Shown here: positions 47,847-57,722 of the stretch, piece after piece
Position numbering within the stretch: position 1 is the first letter of the stretch
How the letters are laid out: each line of letters opens with the position of its first letter
Assembly (NCBI GenBank): GCA_944349415.1
Contig: CALVMX010000003.1
Coordinates: forward strand, 1 to 61,970
Reading direction: 5' to 3'
DNA: 61,970 nucleotides
Source: an uncultured Clostridia bacterium
Lineage (GTDB): Bacteria > Bacillota > Clostridia > Christensenellales > UBA1242
Position numbers and translations under genes: made by a program
Notes under the pieces: model-generated
The model's database searches: none
What the model was told of the DNA's origin: nothing
Seen by the model: the letters and a program-made list of their open reading frames with translations, nothing else

Positions 47847-48488
47847 TTATATTTTTTGTGTTTCTACTTTTTTCAAAAAGTGTCTATAAGGAACTCCAAT
47901 TTTATCGCTCACTGATTGTATTAAATCTGCATCATTTGTGGTTTTTGCTGTGTAATCGTCGTGAGCTTTTACTTTTGCATTGAAATTAACATTTCGGCTG
48001 GTTTCTAGAAGTTGTCTATGATCTTCAAGTTCATAACCTCGCTTTTGTGCTATGTAACTTACGACATATGGCATTTCTTTAATGATTCCAAAAGGTGCAG
48101 TTTCATATTTTCTAGCAAAATCTTCAATGTCAAAACTCAATTCCTTTTTATTAGTGTTAAGACCTTCATAGGTTACTATCATAAACAATTCAATTATTTC
48201 ATTTATTTTTTGTTGATTTTGTTTTCTGAAAGCCGGATCTTTTAATCTTTCATCATTGTTAAACATTATTCGAATGGCATTTAAATAATGAACAAACAAG
48301 GTCTCTTTATAAGGAAGTTTATCGTAAACTCTTTCAAATTTTGTGTTTTTGTAGACCGATCCTTCAATATGGTCCTTTAAAACGCCTTCTTTATCACAAC
48401 AAGTAGGAAGTTCACTTAAAAGTAGCTCAGGCGTTACAACACTTGTTTTAAAATAATTTTTGTAGTATTTTTCAAAATTGATTTCCAT
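47847..48488 (-). CDS. Orphan hypothetical protein (213 aa)
   Basis: SD GAGG; TTGACT-17-TGnTATAAT promoter (48536-48508); no recognisable motif. Confidence 0.8.
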   Translation of the reverse strand: MEINFEKYYKNYFKTSVVTPELLLSELPTCCDKEGVLKDHIEGSVYKNTKFERVYDKLPYKETLFVHYLNAIRIMFNNDERLKDPAFRKQNQQKINEIIELFMIVTYEGLNTNKKELSFDIEDFARKYETAPFGIIKEMPYVVSYIAQKRGYELEDHRQLLETSRNVNFNAKVKAHDDYTAKTTNDADLIQSVSDKIGVPYRHFLKKVETQKI

Positions 48489-48544
48489 ATATCCTCACTT
48501 ATATTTAATTATAGCATAAGTTAAGCATTAAGTCAATATTTATT

Positions 48545-48551
48545 TTCGTCA
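48545..48551 (-). promoter_or_regulatory. Spo0A box upstream of spoIIGA
   Basis: TGACGAA on the minus strand; spoIIG is a known Spo0A target. Confidence 0.55.
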
Positions 48552-48636
48552 AAAAGAGTGCTGTTTTTTAATTTTACTCTCTTTTTTTCTTAATAATTTG
48601 ACTATTTATTTTAATAAAATTTGAAAAAGGGGAAAT

Positions 48637-49422
48637 ATGGAAATTGTTGTTGAGTATGTCTTGATACAAAATTTCATAATCGATTTTCTTATTTTTAAGA
48701 CCACTAGTTTAATTTTAAGAGTTAAATGCCGCTTTATTGCTCTTGCTTCGCTGTTAGGTGCTATTGTGGCTTTAATTCTTCCGATTTTTAATTTAGATAC
48801 AGTAGCGGAATTTTTTGTAAAATTATTTTTAGCAGTTGTGCTTGTTTCTTTGACATTTTCATATTCCAAACTTTCCTCTTTTTTGAAAATTTATCTAACT
48901 TTCTTCTTTTGCACCTTTTTATACGGCGGGGTTTGTGCTTTTTTTGTTCAGAGTTTCGGACAACTTCACACCCTCATCATATTAGGAATAGTTTTTGTCG
49001 CCTACTTCATCTTTAGATATCTCTATAAATTTATCAACAAGCGGAAAGAAATTGAAAATTTTTGTTTTGAGGTAAAACTAGAAAATGACGGAAAAGAATG
49101 TTCTTGTAAAGGATTTTTAGATACGGGAAATTTACTTTCCGATCCGCTTACAAATAGGCCTGTGAGCCTTATTTCTTACAAACTTTTTAAACAGCTTTTT
49201 AATATTGAGTTAGATGATATTCTTTTAAACAAAATAGATATGAAAAATTTAAAATATGCTCATTACATCAGTCTTGGAACGCTTTCAAGTTCTTCCAAAG
49301 TGCTCGCTTTTGAAATAGATAAAATTATGGTTGGAGAAAAAGAAACAGAAAGGCCTATGCTCGCATTATGTCTTAAAAATTTTAAAAGTTATGAAATGAT
49401 ACTTCATAATTCGTTTGCGTAA
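48637..49422 (+). CDS. spoIIGA: Pro-sigmaE processing aspartic protease
   Basis: Five TM helices then [11 protein letters not shown]; precedes sigE. Confidence 0.93.
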   Translation: MEIVVEYVLIQNFIIDFLIFKTTSLILRVKCRFIALASLLGAIVALILPIFNLDTVAEFFVKLFLAVVLVSLTFSYSKLSSFLKIYLTFFFCTFLYGGVCAFFVQSFGQLHTLIILGIVFVAYFIFRYLYKFINKRKEIENFCFEVKLENDGKECSCKGFLDTGNLLSDPLTNRPVSLISYKLFKQLFNIELDDILLNKIDMKNLKYAHYISLGTLSSSSKVLAFEIDKIMVGEKETERPMLALCLKNFKSYEMILHNSFA

Positions 49423-49435
49423 AAAGGGAGGATAT

Positions 49436-50164
49436 ATGAAATTTTTTCTTAAAATCAAACTTTTAATTTACAAATTTTTAAATCGTCATTTTTTAAAAGA
49501 AGTGGATAATGTTGTCTTTTATATCTGTGGAAATCAAGCATTGCCGGAGCCGTTAGAGCCAGAAGAAGAGCAGGTGCTTTTAGAGGAAATTCAAAAGGGG
49601 AGTAATGTGGCTCGTGACAAACTTATAGAGCATAATATTCGTCTTGTTGTCTATATTGCTAAAAAATTTGAAACAAGTGGAATTGAACTTGAGGATTTGA
49701 TTTCAATAGGTGCTATTGGACTTATCAAGGCCGTGAAAACTTACAGCTTAGACAAAAATATCAAACTTGCCACATATGCCTCTCGTTGCATTGAAAATGA
49801 AATCTTAATGCAATTAAGAAAAAATACACGTGTTAAAAATGAAGTGAGTTTGGATGAACCTTTGTCTAATGATGGCGAAGGCAATGAACTTCTTCTTCAA
49901 GATATCATTCCAGTGGACGAAGATACGGTGTCTAAAGATTTGGAAAGTGGCTCGGACAAACAAGTTTTATTCAGCATCTTGCGAAAGCTTGATGTCCGTG
50001 AACAACAAATAATGGTCTATCGTTTTGGTCTCAATGGGCAGGAAGAAAAAACTCAAAAAGAAGTAGCTGACCTTATGGGAATAAGCCAAAGTTATATATC
50101 TCGAATAGAAAAGAAAATATTAAATAAATTAAAAAGAAAATTAGAAAAAACAGATATAATATAA
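49436..50164 (+). CDS. sigE: Sporulation sigma factor E (with pro-peptide)
   Basis: Pro-sequence then [12 protein letters not shown]; [16 protein letters not shown]; [11 protein letters not shown]; start moved to ATG 49436. Confidence 0.96.
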   Translation: MKFFLKIKLLIYKFLNRHFLKEVDNVVFYICGNQALPEPLEPEEEQVLLEEIQKGSNVARDKLIEHNIRLVVYIAKKFETSGIELEDLISIGAIGLIKAVKTYSLDKNIKLATYASRCIENEILMQLRKNTRVKNEVSLDEPLSNDGEGNELLLQDIIPVDEDTVSKDLESGSDKQVLFSILRKLDVREQQIMVYRFGLNGQEEKTQKEVADLMGISQSYISRIEKKILNKLKRKLEKTDII

Positions 50165-50426
50165 TAAAAATGATTTTTTAAAATTAAATTTTAACATTTT
50201 TAATTTATTTAATCATTTGTTTTTATCGTATTTTCGTTTTTTTATAGTTTTATTTTTAATTTTTATTTAAATTAATAAAATAAATATATATTTTCTAATT
50301 TTTTTAACTTTTAAACACAATATTTTTTAAAATTTTTGTTATTTTTTGCCGATTTTTGCCTTTTATGTTGATTTTTGAATAATTTTCCTTAAAATTGAGA
50401 ACAACATTTAAAAATTAGGAGGCAAT

Positions 50427-51200
50427 ATGGCTAATCGTGTTGTGATTTCAGGAGTGAACACTTCTCTTCTTCCAAAACTCAAAAACACAGAAATTGTGGA
50501 ACTTATGAAAAAGGTTAAATCTGGAGATGAGTTTGCTCGAGACCAATTTGTCGTTGCCAACCTCCGACTCGTTTTATCTGTTGTGCAAAGATTTTCTGGG
50601 CAGTCTGACAAGGCGGATGATATGTTCCAAGTAGGATGCGTCGGACTTTTAAAGGCTATTGATAATTTTGACGAATCTTTAAATGTGAAATTTTCCACAT
50701 ATGCCGTGCCTATGATTATTGGCGAAATTCGACGCTATCTTCGTGACAATAATTCTGTTCGTGTAAGTCGCTCTATTCGTGACATTGCTTATAAGTCCTT
50801 AAAAGTTAAAGAAGAGATAATTAAAAAAGAAAATCGTGAGCCGTCTTTAGAGGAAATTGCAAAAATTTTGGAAATTCCACTTGAAGAAGTCACATTTGCT
50901 TTGGATGCGATAAGTGAAACGGTGTCGCTGTCAGAGCCTGTGTATAACGACGGAAATGAAACGGTCAGAATAATGGACCAAATTTCCAGCGATAAAGATG
51001 ATGATGAAAATTTAGTAGAAAAAATGACTCTTAATGATGCTATTAAAAATTTATCTGAACGTGAGAAAGAAATTCTTTTAATGCGTTATTATGTTGGTAA
51101 AACACAAATGGAAGTAAGCGAAGAGGTTGGAATCAGCCAAGCTCAAGTATCACGTCTGGAAAAAACCGCTTTAAAAACTCTCAAAAAGTTTTTTGAGTAA
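50427..51200 (+). CDS. sigG: Sporulation sigma factor G
   Basis: MANRVVISGVNTSLLP, NLRLVLSVVQRF, ISQAQVSRLEK. Confidence 0.97.
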   Translation: MANRVVISGVNTSLLPKLKNTEIVELMKKVKSGDEFARDQFVVANLRLVLSVVQRFSGQSDKADDMFQVGCVGLLKAIDNFDESLNVKFSTYAVPMIIGEIRRYLRDNNSVRVSRSIRDIAYKSLKVKEEIIKKENREPSLEEIAKILEIPLEEVTFALDAISETVSLSEPVYNDGNETVRIMDQISSDKDDDENLVEKMTLNDAIKNLSEREKEILLMRYYVGKTQMEVSEEVGISQAQVSRLEKTALKTLKKFFE

Positions 51201-51290
51201 CTTTCTTTAGTTTTTATTATTGGAAATAAAATCTTTGCAAATTTTTCGTTCTATAGTTGATTTATTTTAGGACTCAATAATAATTAAAAT

Positions 51291-51337
51291 AAAAACAGGC
51301 AATGCCTGTCATTTTTTGACAAATTTCAACATATAGT
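51291..51337 (+). promoter_or_regulatory. ACAGGC palindrome copy 5 overlapping a SigE-type ylmC promoter
   Basis: ACAGGC-AAT-GCCTGT 51295-309; TCATTTT 51309-15, 14 bp, CATATAGT 51330-37. Confidence 0.65.
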
Positions 51338-51342
51338 GCTTT

Positions 51343-51633
51343 ATGGAAACTTCATTTTTGGAATTAAGGTGTAAAGAAGTTGTCAATGTGGTTGACGGCA
51401 AAAGACTCGGACATATTGTGGATATTTGTTTCAACTTGCAGACGGGATGTTTGCAGGGTATTGTTGTGCCGGGCGAAAGAAATTTTTGGAATGTGTTTAA
51501 AAGTGGAATGGAACTTTTCATTCCTATATCTCAAATTGTCAAGGTGGGCGAGGATGCTATCCTAGTGGAACTTTATGCCTCTTCAAATCCAACACCTTAT
51601 GTGCTTGGCACGTCAAATAATAAAAAAAAGTAA
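51343..51633 (+). CDS. ylmC: YlmC/YmxH PRC-barrel sporulation protein
   Basis: LRCKEVVNVVDGKRLG..IVKVGEDAILV; follows sigG. Confidence 0.93.
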   Translation: METSFLELRCKEVVNVVDGKRLGHIVDICFNLQTGCLQGIVVPGERNFWNVFKSGMELFIPISQIVKVGEDAILVELYASSNPTPYVLGTSNNKKK

Positions 51634-51706
51634 TTTTGCAAACGCAAAATTACTTGATGTGACTATGTCACTTTCGTCATAGAGTGGGGGAGGGAGGAAA
51701 AAATTA

Positions 51707-52150
51707 TTACATTTCAGTAATTAGTTTGATGAAGTTTGTGACATCTTTAAATTGACGATAAACTGAGGCGAAACGCACATATGCGATTTCGTCCACTTTT
51801 TTTAAGCGTTCCATAATCATTTCGCCAATTTCACTTGATTTAACTTCTTGATTAAGTGAGTTTTGGATTGTTTTTTCAATATCTTCTGCCATTTCGTCAA
51901 TTTGAGCCATACTCACAGGACGTTTTTCGCATGCCTTAATCATTCCGCACTTAATTTTTTCTATATTAAAAGGTTGACGTGAGCCATCTTTTTTGATAAC
52001 CAAAATAGGCACAGTTTCCACTGTTTCATAAGTTGTGAAACGTTTTCCACAATTTAGACATTCTCTTCTTCTACGAATAGAATTTGACTCATCGGTGCTT
52101 CTTGAGTCTAAAACTTTGCTTTCTTCACAACCACAATAAATACATTTCAT
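51707..52150 (-). CDS. nrdR: Transcriptional repressor NrdR
   Basis: [30 protein letters not shown]-cone, YVRFASVY. Confidence 0.98.
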   Translation of the reverse strand: MKCIYCGCEESKVLDSRSTDESNSIRRRRECLNCGKRFTTYETVETVPILVIKKDGSRQPFNIEKIKCGMIKACEKRPVSMAQIDEMAEDIEKTIQNSLNQEVKSSEIGEMIMERLKKVDEIAYVRFASVYRQFKDVTNFIKLITEM

Positions 52151-52239
52151 ATTTTTTCTCCTTGCAAAATTATATTATCACAAAATATAGTGTAAAAGCA
52201 AACTTTTTAGCACAATATTTACATATTTTTGAATTTTTT

Positions 52240-52268
52240 TCATAACTGCAAAAATTTTTCCATAAATT
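52240..52268 (+). promoter_or_regulatory. SigE-type promoter upstream of feoAB
   Basis: TCATAAC 52240-46, 14 bp, CATAAATT 52261-68. Confidence 0.5.
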
Positions 52269-52274
52269 TTTTAT

Positions 52275-52505
52275 ATGATGCCTTTAACGAATGGGAAATT
52301 GAATATACCATATAAAATTAAAGATATTTCAGGCGAGAACAAGAAGGTCGTTCGCCGTTTTTTAGAACTTGGAATAATTAAAGGACAAGCCATTAAAATT
52401 CTAAACACTTCCATTCTCAAAAAAGTGTTTTTGGTGGAAATTCGCGGTTATATCTTGAGTGTTAAAGCGGATTTACTGTCCTATATTTTAGTGGAGAAGA
52501 TGTGA
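52275..52505 (+). CDS. feoA: Ferrous iron transport protein A
   Basis: RRFLELGIIKG SH3-like motif; precedes feoB. Confidence 0.92.
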   Translation: MMPLTNGKLNIPYKIKDISGENKKVVRRFLELGIIKGQAIKILNTSILKKVFLVEIRGYILSVKADLLSYILVEKM

Positions 52506-52506
52506 T

Positions 52507-54612
52507 ATGGATGAGATACTTTTGGTAGGAAATCCAAATTCTGGAAAAACCACTTTATATAACGCGCTCACTCGCTCAAATGAGCATATCGGCAACTGGC
52601 ACGGCGTCACTGTGGAAGAGAAAAAGAAATTGATGAAAGTGGGAGAGTCTAATTTTCTTCTTGTGGATACACCTGGGCTGTATTCGCTAACGCCACTTTC
52701 GTTTGAAGAAGAGGTCTCTTTTAAGATTATTGAAAAAGGAAATTACAAAAAGATCATCAACATCTGCGACCGAAATAATCTTCAACGAAACTTGTATCTT
52801 TCGCTATGTCTTTTGGAAGAAGATTTAGATATTGTGATAGCTATAAATGAAATAGACAAAAAAGTAAAATTTAAGGTGGATGAAAAGAAATTGTCCACAC
52901 TTTTAGGCTGTGACGTTTTTCTTATCAATGCCGAAAAGAAGATAAATATAGCCAAGTTGAAAGAGAGCCTATTGAAAGAAAAGAAAACTTATTCTCTTCC
53001 GTATCTTAAGAAAATCGATTTTGAAAAAGTAAAAAATTATTTTAAAAATAAAAGCGAAAAAGAAAAACAAATCTTCGCCATAAAAGCTTACGAGAAAAAC
53101 GAAAATTTCTTTAAATTAAAGGGTTTTAGCGATGAGGAAATTAAAATTATTTTTTCCCTTGTGCCAGAAAATAGTTTGGAAATTTTGACAGAAGCAAGAT
53201 ATGCCTTTTTAGATGAAATAATAGAAAAAAGTTGTCAAAAAGTTGACTTTACTTACGGTAAAAGTAAATTAGATAAAATTTTATTAAACAAATATCTTGC
53301 TCTTCCTCTTTTTTTGGTTATTATTGCCTTTATTTTCTTTTTGACTTTCTTTTCTCTTGGCGCGTTTTTAAGTGACTTGCTTTCTTCATTTTTGAACCTA
53401 CTTTCTTCGCCAATACTCTCTTGGCTTAAAGGTGTTTTAGGGGGAAATTGGATTTATTATCTTTTTTCAGACGCCATATTTAACGGACTTTCCACCGTTC
53501 TCTCTTTTCTGCCACAAGTGGTCTTACTTTTCTTCTTTTTGAGCCTTCTTGAAGATAGTGGCTATATGAGCCGAATCGCTTTTACTTTTGAAGATATTTT
53601 GGGCAAGGTAGGTCTTTCAGGGAAAAGCATTTACACACTTCTTATGGGCTTTGGCTGTTCCACAACAGCCATTATGACAGCAAGAAATATGGACAATAAA
53701 AACAGCAAAATAAAGACAGCACTGCTTTGTCCGTATATGAGTTGTTCGGCGAAAATTCCAATTTATACAGTCATCGGTGGGGCATTTTTTGGGGTAAGCA
53801 ATATCTTTGTCATTATGGGGTTATATTTACTCGGTGTCGTTGTGGCAATTTTAGTTTCGCTTGTTTTAGATAAGACAATTTTAAAAAGTGATAACCAAAC
53901 TTTTATTTTGGAGTTTCCTCCGTATAGGCTGACTTCATTTAAGCGTCTTAAAAACATTCTCAAAAATAACGTCAAAACTTTTCTCGTCAAAGTGGGCTCA
54001 ATTATGATAGCTATGAATATCATTGTTTTTCTTTTGTCCTCTTTTACCTTCAAACTCCAATTTGTGTTAGACGGAAGTGGCAGTATTTTAGAGAGTATCG
54101 GCAAGTTTTTAGCACCAGTATTTGAACCACTTGGGTTTAATAATTGGGCGATAGTTTCCGCACTTTTAGCAGGCTTGGTGGCAAAAGAAGTGGTGGTCTC
54201 TTCCATTGCTATGTTTAACGGAATTGATTTCAACGCCACAAAACTTATATCCTCCTCCATACTTCTCTCTACAAGTGTGGTATATTTCCCGTCCACCGCT
54301 TCCGTTTTATCCTTTTTAGTTTTTTGTCTGTTATATACACCGTGCCTTGCTTCAATTTCTATGATGAAAGCAGAAATAGGCACAAAGTGGACAGTTATTG
54401 GAATTATAATTGAATTAATAGTGGCATATATTCTAAGTTTTATTGTTTACAACATTGCTCTATCTATCGAAGTTTTTGGCTTTTTACCAACCTTTTTGGT
54501 GATATTGGTAATTATTTTAGTTGTAATATCTTTCGCTTTAATTTATCGGGTAATTAAGCATAAAAAATGTCCGCATAACTGCCAAAATTGTCACAGAAAT
54601 TGCGGAAAATGA
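52507..54612 (+). CDS. feoB: Ferrous iron transporter B
   Basis: GNPNSGKTT, GNWHGVTVE, DTPG, LEDSGY, MGFGC, CSAKIP. Confidence 0.97.
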   Translation: MDEILLVGNPNSGKTTLYNALTRSNEHIGNWHGVTVEEKKKLMKVGESNFLLVDTPGLYSLTPLSFEEEVSFKIIEKGNYKKIINICDRNNLQRNLYLSLCLLEEDLDIVIAINEIDKKVKFKVDEKKLSTLLGCDVFLINAEKKINIAKLKESLLKEKKTYSLPYLKKIDFEKVKNYFKNKSEKEKQIFAIKAYEKNENFFKLKGFSDEEIKIIFSLVPENSLEILTEARYAFLDEIIEKSCQKVDFTYGKSKLDKILLNKYLALPLFLVIIAFIFFLTFFSLGAFLSDLLSSFLNLLSSPILSWLKGVLGGNWIYYLFSDAIFNGLSTVLSFLPQVVLLFFFLSLLEDSGYMSRIAFTFEDILGKVGLSGKSIYTLLMGFGCSTTAIMTARNMDNKNSKIKTALLCPYMSCSAKIPIYTVIGGAFFGVSNIFVIMGLYLLGVVVAILVSLVLDKTILKSDNQTFILEFPPYRLTSFKRLKNILKNNVKTFLVKVGSIMIAMNIIVFLLSSFTFKLQFVLDGSGSILESIGKFLAPVFEPLGFNNWAIVSALLAGLVAKEVVVSSIAMFNGIDFNATKLISSSILLSTSVVYFPSTASVLSFLVFCLLYTPCLASISMMKAEIGTKWTVIGIIIELIVAYILSFIVYNIALSIEVFGFLPTFLVILVIILVVISFALIYRVIKHKKCPHNCQNCHRNCGK

Positions 54613-54685
54613 CAAAGCCATGTGGTAAAAAGTAAACAACTTGACTTAAATTTATGTTTATGATATACTCTAAATAGGGGTTATC

Positions 54686-55099
54686 ATGAACAAAAGAAAA
54701 GTCAACACTAAAAAACTTTGTAAAATCTTAAAAATCGTGGGATTCTGTTCTTTCATAGTTTCTATAGTTTTTCTTGTGCTTGGAGTTGTTTTCCTTGTAA
54801 GACACGATTTAGTGCCAGGCTTTTCTCTTTTATTTGTCGGCATTTTGCTTGTGGCAATTTCTTCTTGTATGGTTGCTGTTGGATTTACACCAAATTTTTC
54901 CAATTATACGATTAAATCCACTCACTATATTGAAGATATTTCAAAAGAAGATTTTGAAAAAATGATGTCCTCAAAGGAGCAAGCGGTAAACAATTCCACT
55001 TCAGATTTCTTTTCAAAAGAAAAATGTTTTTGTAAACATTGCGGAAAAGAAATTGATATAGATTCTGAGTTTTGTCGTTATTGTGGCAAAAAACAATAA
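54686..55099 (+). CDS. Two-TM protein with C-terminal zinc ribbon
   Basis: CKHCGKEIDIDSEFCRYCGK. Confidence 0.85.
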   Translation: MNKRKVNTKKLCKILKIVGFCSFIVSIVFLVLGVVFLVRHDLVPGFSLLFVGILLVAISSCMVAVGFTPNFSNYTIKSTHYIEDISKEDFEKMMSSKEQAVNNSTSDFFSKEKCFCKHCGKEIDIDSEFCRYCGKKQ

Positions 55100-55197
55100 T
55101 TTTTTGTTAGCTTTACATTTTCAAAAAATTGAGATAATGTTTTATTTTATTTCACAAAATAATTGCTTTAAATCTTTAAATGTGATATATTTGAACT

Positions 55198-56505
55198 ATG
55201 GAAAAACCGATAGTCGCTATTGTTGGTAGAGCAAATGTTGGGAAATCAACATTTTTTAATAAAATATGTGGGAAAAGACTGAGTATTGTCGATGATGTCG
55301 CGGGGGTGACTCGTGATAGACTTTATGCGGACGCGGAATGGTGCGGACGTAAGTTTACTATTGTAGATACCGGCGGAGTGGAATTTAAATCAGACGATTA
55401 TTTTCAAGATGAGATTAAGGAACAGGTTGATTTAGCGCTTGAAAATGCCACAGTCATTGTCTTTCTTGTGGACGGACAAACAGGAGTGACACTTGGCGAT
55501 ATTGAAGTTGCAAAAATGCTTAGAAGAAAAAATATTCCTATTGTTTTGGTTGTAAACAAATTGGACAATTTCGACATCAGCAATTTATATGATTTTTATA
55601 GCCTTGGTATCGGCGACCCTATGCCTATTTCATGCACGCAAGGAAGAGGTATAGGCGATGTTTTAGATAAAATTGTCTCATATTTTCCTGAAAAAACAGG
55701 CGAGGAAGAAGTTGCGGGTATTAAAATTACACTGGTCGGCAGACCAAATGTTGGAAAATCTTCTTTAGTGAATCGTCTGCTCGGTAAAAAGAGAGTTGTG
55801 GTAAGCGAAATTGAAGGCACTACGCGTGATTCTGTAACTATTCCGTTTAGATGCAATAAAAAAGATTACTATCTTGTCGACACTGCAGGCTTAAGACGAC
55901 AACGTGGAGTGGAAAAAGAAAGTGTGGAAGGCTATTCCGTTCTACGCAGTATGAATGCCATTGAAAATTCAGATGTCGTTTTAATTGTCTTTGATGCGTC
56001 CAAAGAAATTGCTGAGCAAGACGTTCGAATTGCAGGATATGTGCATGAAGCAGGAAAGCCAAGTGTGGTTATTGTCAACAAATGGGACTTAAAAACTATG
56101 GACAAGAATAAATATATTGAAAGCCTTAAAGATAAGCTTTCCTTTATGTCTTATTTTGTGGTGCTTTTTGTTTCTGCTCTTACTGGCAAAGGCTTAAGTG
56201 AAATTATGGAAACGGTAGATAAAGTTTATAAAAATTCATCGAGAAGAATCACAACAGGTGTTCTAAATGATATTTTGCAGGATGCCATTCTCAATTTTGA
56301 ACCGCCGGCAAAAAATGGGCAAAAAGCAAAGATAATGTTTGTTACAGAAGTTTCAACAAATCCACCTAAATTTGTCTTTTTCTGTAAAGATCCAACGCTT
56401 ATCAATTTTTCCTATCAAAGATATTTGGAAAATAGACTACGCGAAAAAGTGGATTTTTCAGGAACACCAATAGAGTTAATTTTTAAAGGGAGGGAAGAAG
56501 AATGA
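55198..56505 (+). CDS. der: Ribosome biogenesis GTPase Der/EngA
   Basis: Two G-domains GRANVGKS and GRPNVGKS, DTGG/DTAG, KH-like C-terminus. Confidence 0.98.
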   Translation: MEKPIVAIVGRANVGKSTFFNKICGKRLSIVDDVAGVTRDRLYADAEWCGRKFTIVDTGGVEFKSDDYFQDEIKEQVDLALENATVIVFLVDGQTGVTLGDIEVAKMLRRKNIPIVLVVNKLDNFDISNLYDFYSLGIGDPMPISCTQGRGIGDVLDKIVSYFPEKTGEEEVAGIKITLVGRPNVGKSSLVNRLLGKKRVVVSEIEGTTRDSVTIPFRCNKKDYYLVDTAGLRRQRGVEKESVEGYSVLRSMNAIENSDVVLIVFDASKEIAEQDVRIAGYVHEAGKPSVVIVNKWDLKTMDKNKYIESLKDKLSFMSYFVVLFVSALTGKGLSEIMETVDKVYKNSSRRITTGVLNDILQDAILNFEPPAKNGQKAKIMFVTEVSTNPPKFVFFCKDPTLINFSYQRYLENRLREKVDFSGTPIELIFKGREEE

Positions 56506-57296
56506 TTTACCTTGCACTTGCCATTTGTGTCATTGTTGGCTATTTAATCGGAAGTATAAGTTTTGCACGTATTTTTTCTTGGGCTTTTGCCAAAAAAGAT
56601 ATAACTGAAGTTGGAAGTCATAATCCGGGGACTATGAATATGTTGAGGACTCGCGGATTTGGTGAAGCTATTTTGACTCTTGTCATGGATGCCATAAAAA
56701 GTGGGCTTCCAGCACTTATTGCCTATTTTGTTGTAAATTATTTTTTTGCTGGAGAAGGTAATCTCGCATATTTTGTAACAGCTATTTTTGCTATCATTGG
56801 GCACTGTTTTCCAGTTTACTATAAGTTTAAAGGCGGAAAAGGAGTGGCATCCACTTTTGGACTTTTCACTTTCCATCCAAACTTTTGGTGGATTTCGCTT
56901 ATAGTGTTTGTGATTTGTTTTTTACTCCTTCTGTTTGTTTTAAAATATGGTTCCGTTGTTTCTTTCCTTTATATTTTAACAATGTCTATAACTTCTACAT
57001 GTTTGATCGCTGTTTGGAGTGTGCCAAATTATATTCCTATCATAGTTCTCATTTGGTTTAATGTTATTTTAATTTTTATTCTTCACCACGAAAACTTAAA
57101 AAGACTTTTTACTGGCAAGGAAAACAAAGTGGATTTAATGGCAAAAATCAAAGGGAAAAAGGATAAAAGCGAGGATATTGATGAAAAAGAAATTTCCGAT
57201 GTAGAAACGGAAGATAAAGCTTCAAGTGATGAAAGCAAAGTTACAGAAGAGGTTGAAAACGTGGAGAAAATTGATGACGAAGGAAAATCTAATTAA
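56502..57296 (+). CDS. plsY: Glycerol-3-phosphate acyltransferase PlsY with acidic C-terminal tail
   Basis: GSHNPGTMN, GHCFPVYYKFKGGKGVAS, HHENLKRL. Confidence 0.95.
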   Translation: MIYLALAICVIVGYLIGSISFARIFSWAFAKKDITEVGSHNPGTMNMLRTRGFGEAILTLVMDAIKSGLPALIAYFVVNYFFAGEGNLAYFVTAIFAIIGHCFPVYYKFKGGKGVASTFGLFTFHPNFWWISLIVFVICFLLLLFVLKYGSVVSFLYILTMSITSTCLIAVWSVPNYIPIIVLIWFNVILIFILHHENLKRLFTGKENKVDLMAKIKGKKDKSEDIDEKEISDVETEDKASSDESKVTEEVENVEKIDDEGKSN

Positions 57297-57639
57297 GTTT
57301 GTTGAAGAAGAGTATGGTGTCAAGTTTGACACTCCTTTCAAAGATTCAGATATTTTAATTTTTCGTCACAAATCAAACAAAAAATGGTTCGGAGCGATTT
57401 TAAAAGTATCTGCAGATAAACTTGGAAAAAAGGAGAAGGAAATCGTCGACATTTTAGATGTCAAAACTGATCCACTGATTCGTGAGCCTATGCTTAAAAA
57501 GAAAGGTGTTTATGTTGCGTATCATATGAACAAAGTGCATTGGCTGACCGTTGTTTTAAAGGAAATTTCCGACGATGATCTAAAATTTTTGGTGGATTTA
57601 AGTTTCAATTTAACTCGACCGAAAATAAAAGTTAATTAA
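57274..57639 (+). CDS. MmcQ/YjbR family protein
   Basis: FRHKSNKKWFG, DVKTDP, AYHMNKVHW, LVDLSF; start moved to ATG 57274 after GGAG. Confidence 0.9.
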   Translation: MTKENLIKFVEEEYGVKFDTPFKDSDILIFRHKSNKKWFGAILKVSADKLGKKEKEIVDILDVKTDPLIREPMLKKKGVYVAYHMNKVHWLTVVLKEISDDDLKFLVDLSFNLTRPKIKVN

Positions 57640-57722
57640 TGAGGAGGTTTTAAAAAGCAAACTTCCTTTTTTGTTCTTTTTTTCATTTGATCTTCATAAA
57701 ATAGGATATGCGTGGAGGTCTT

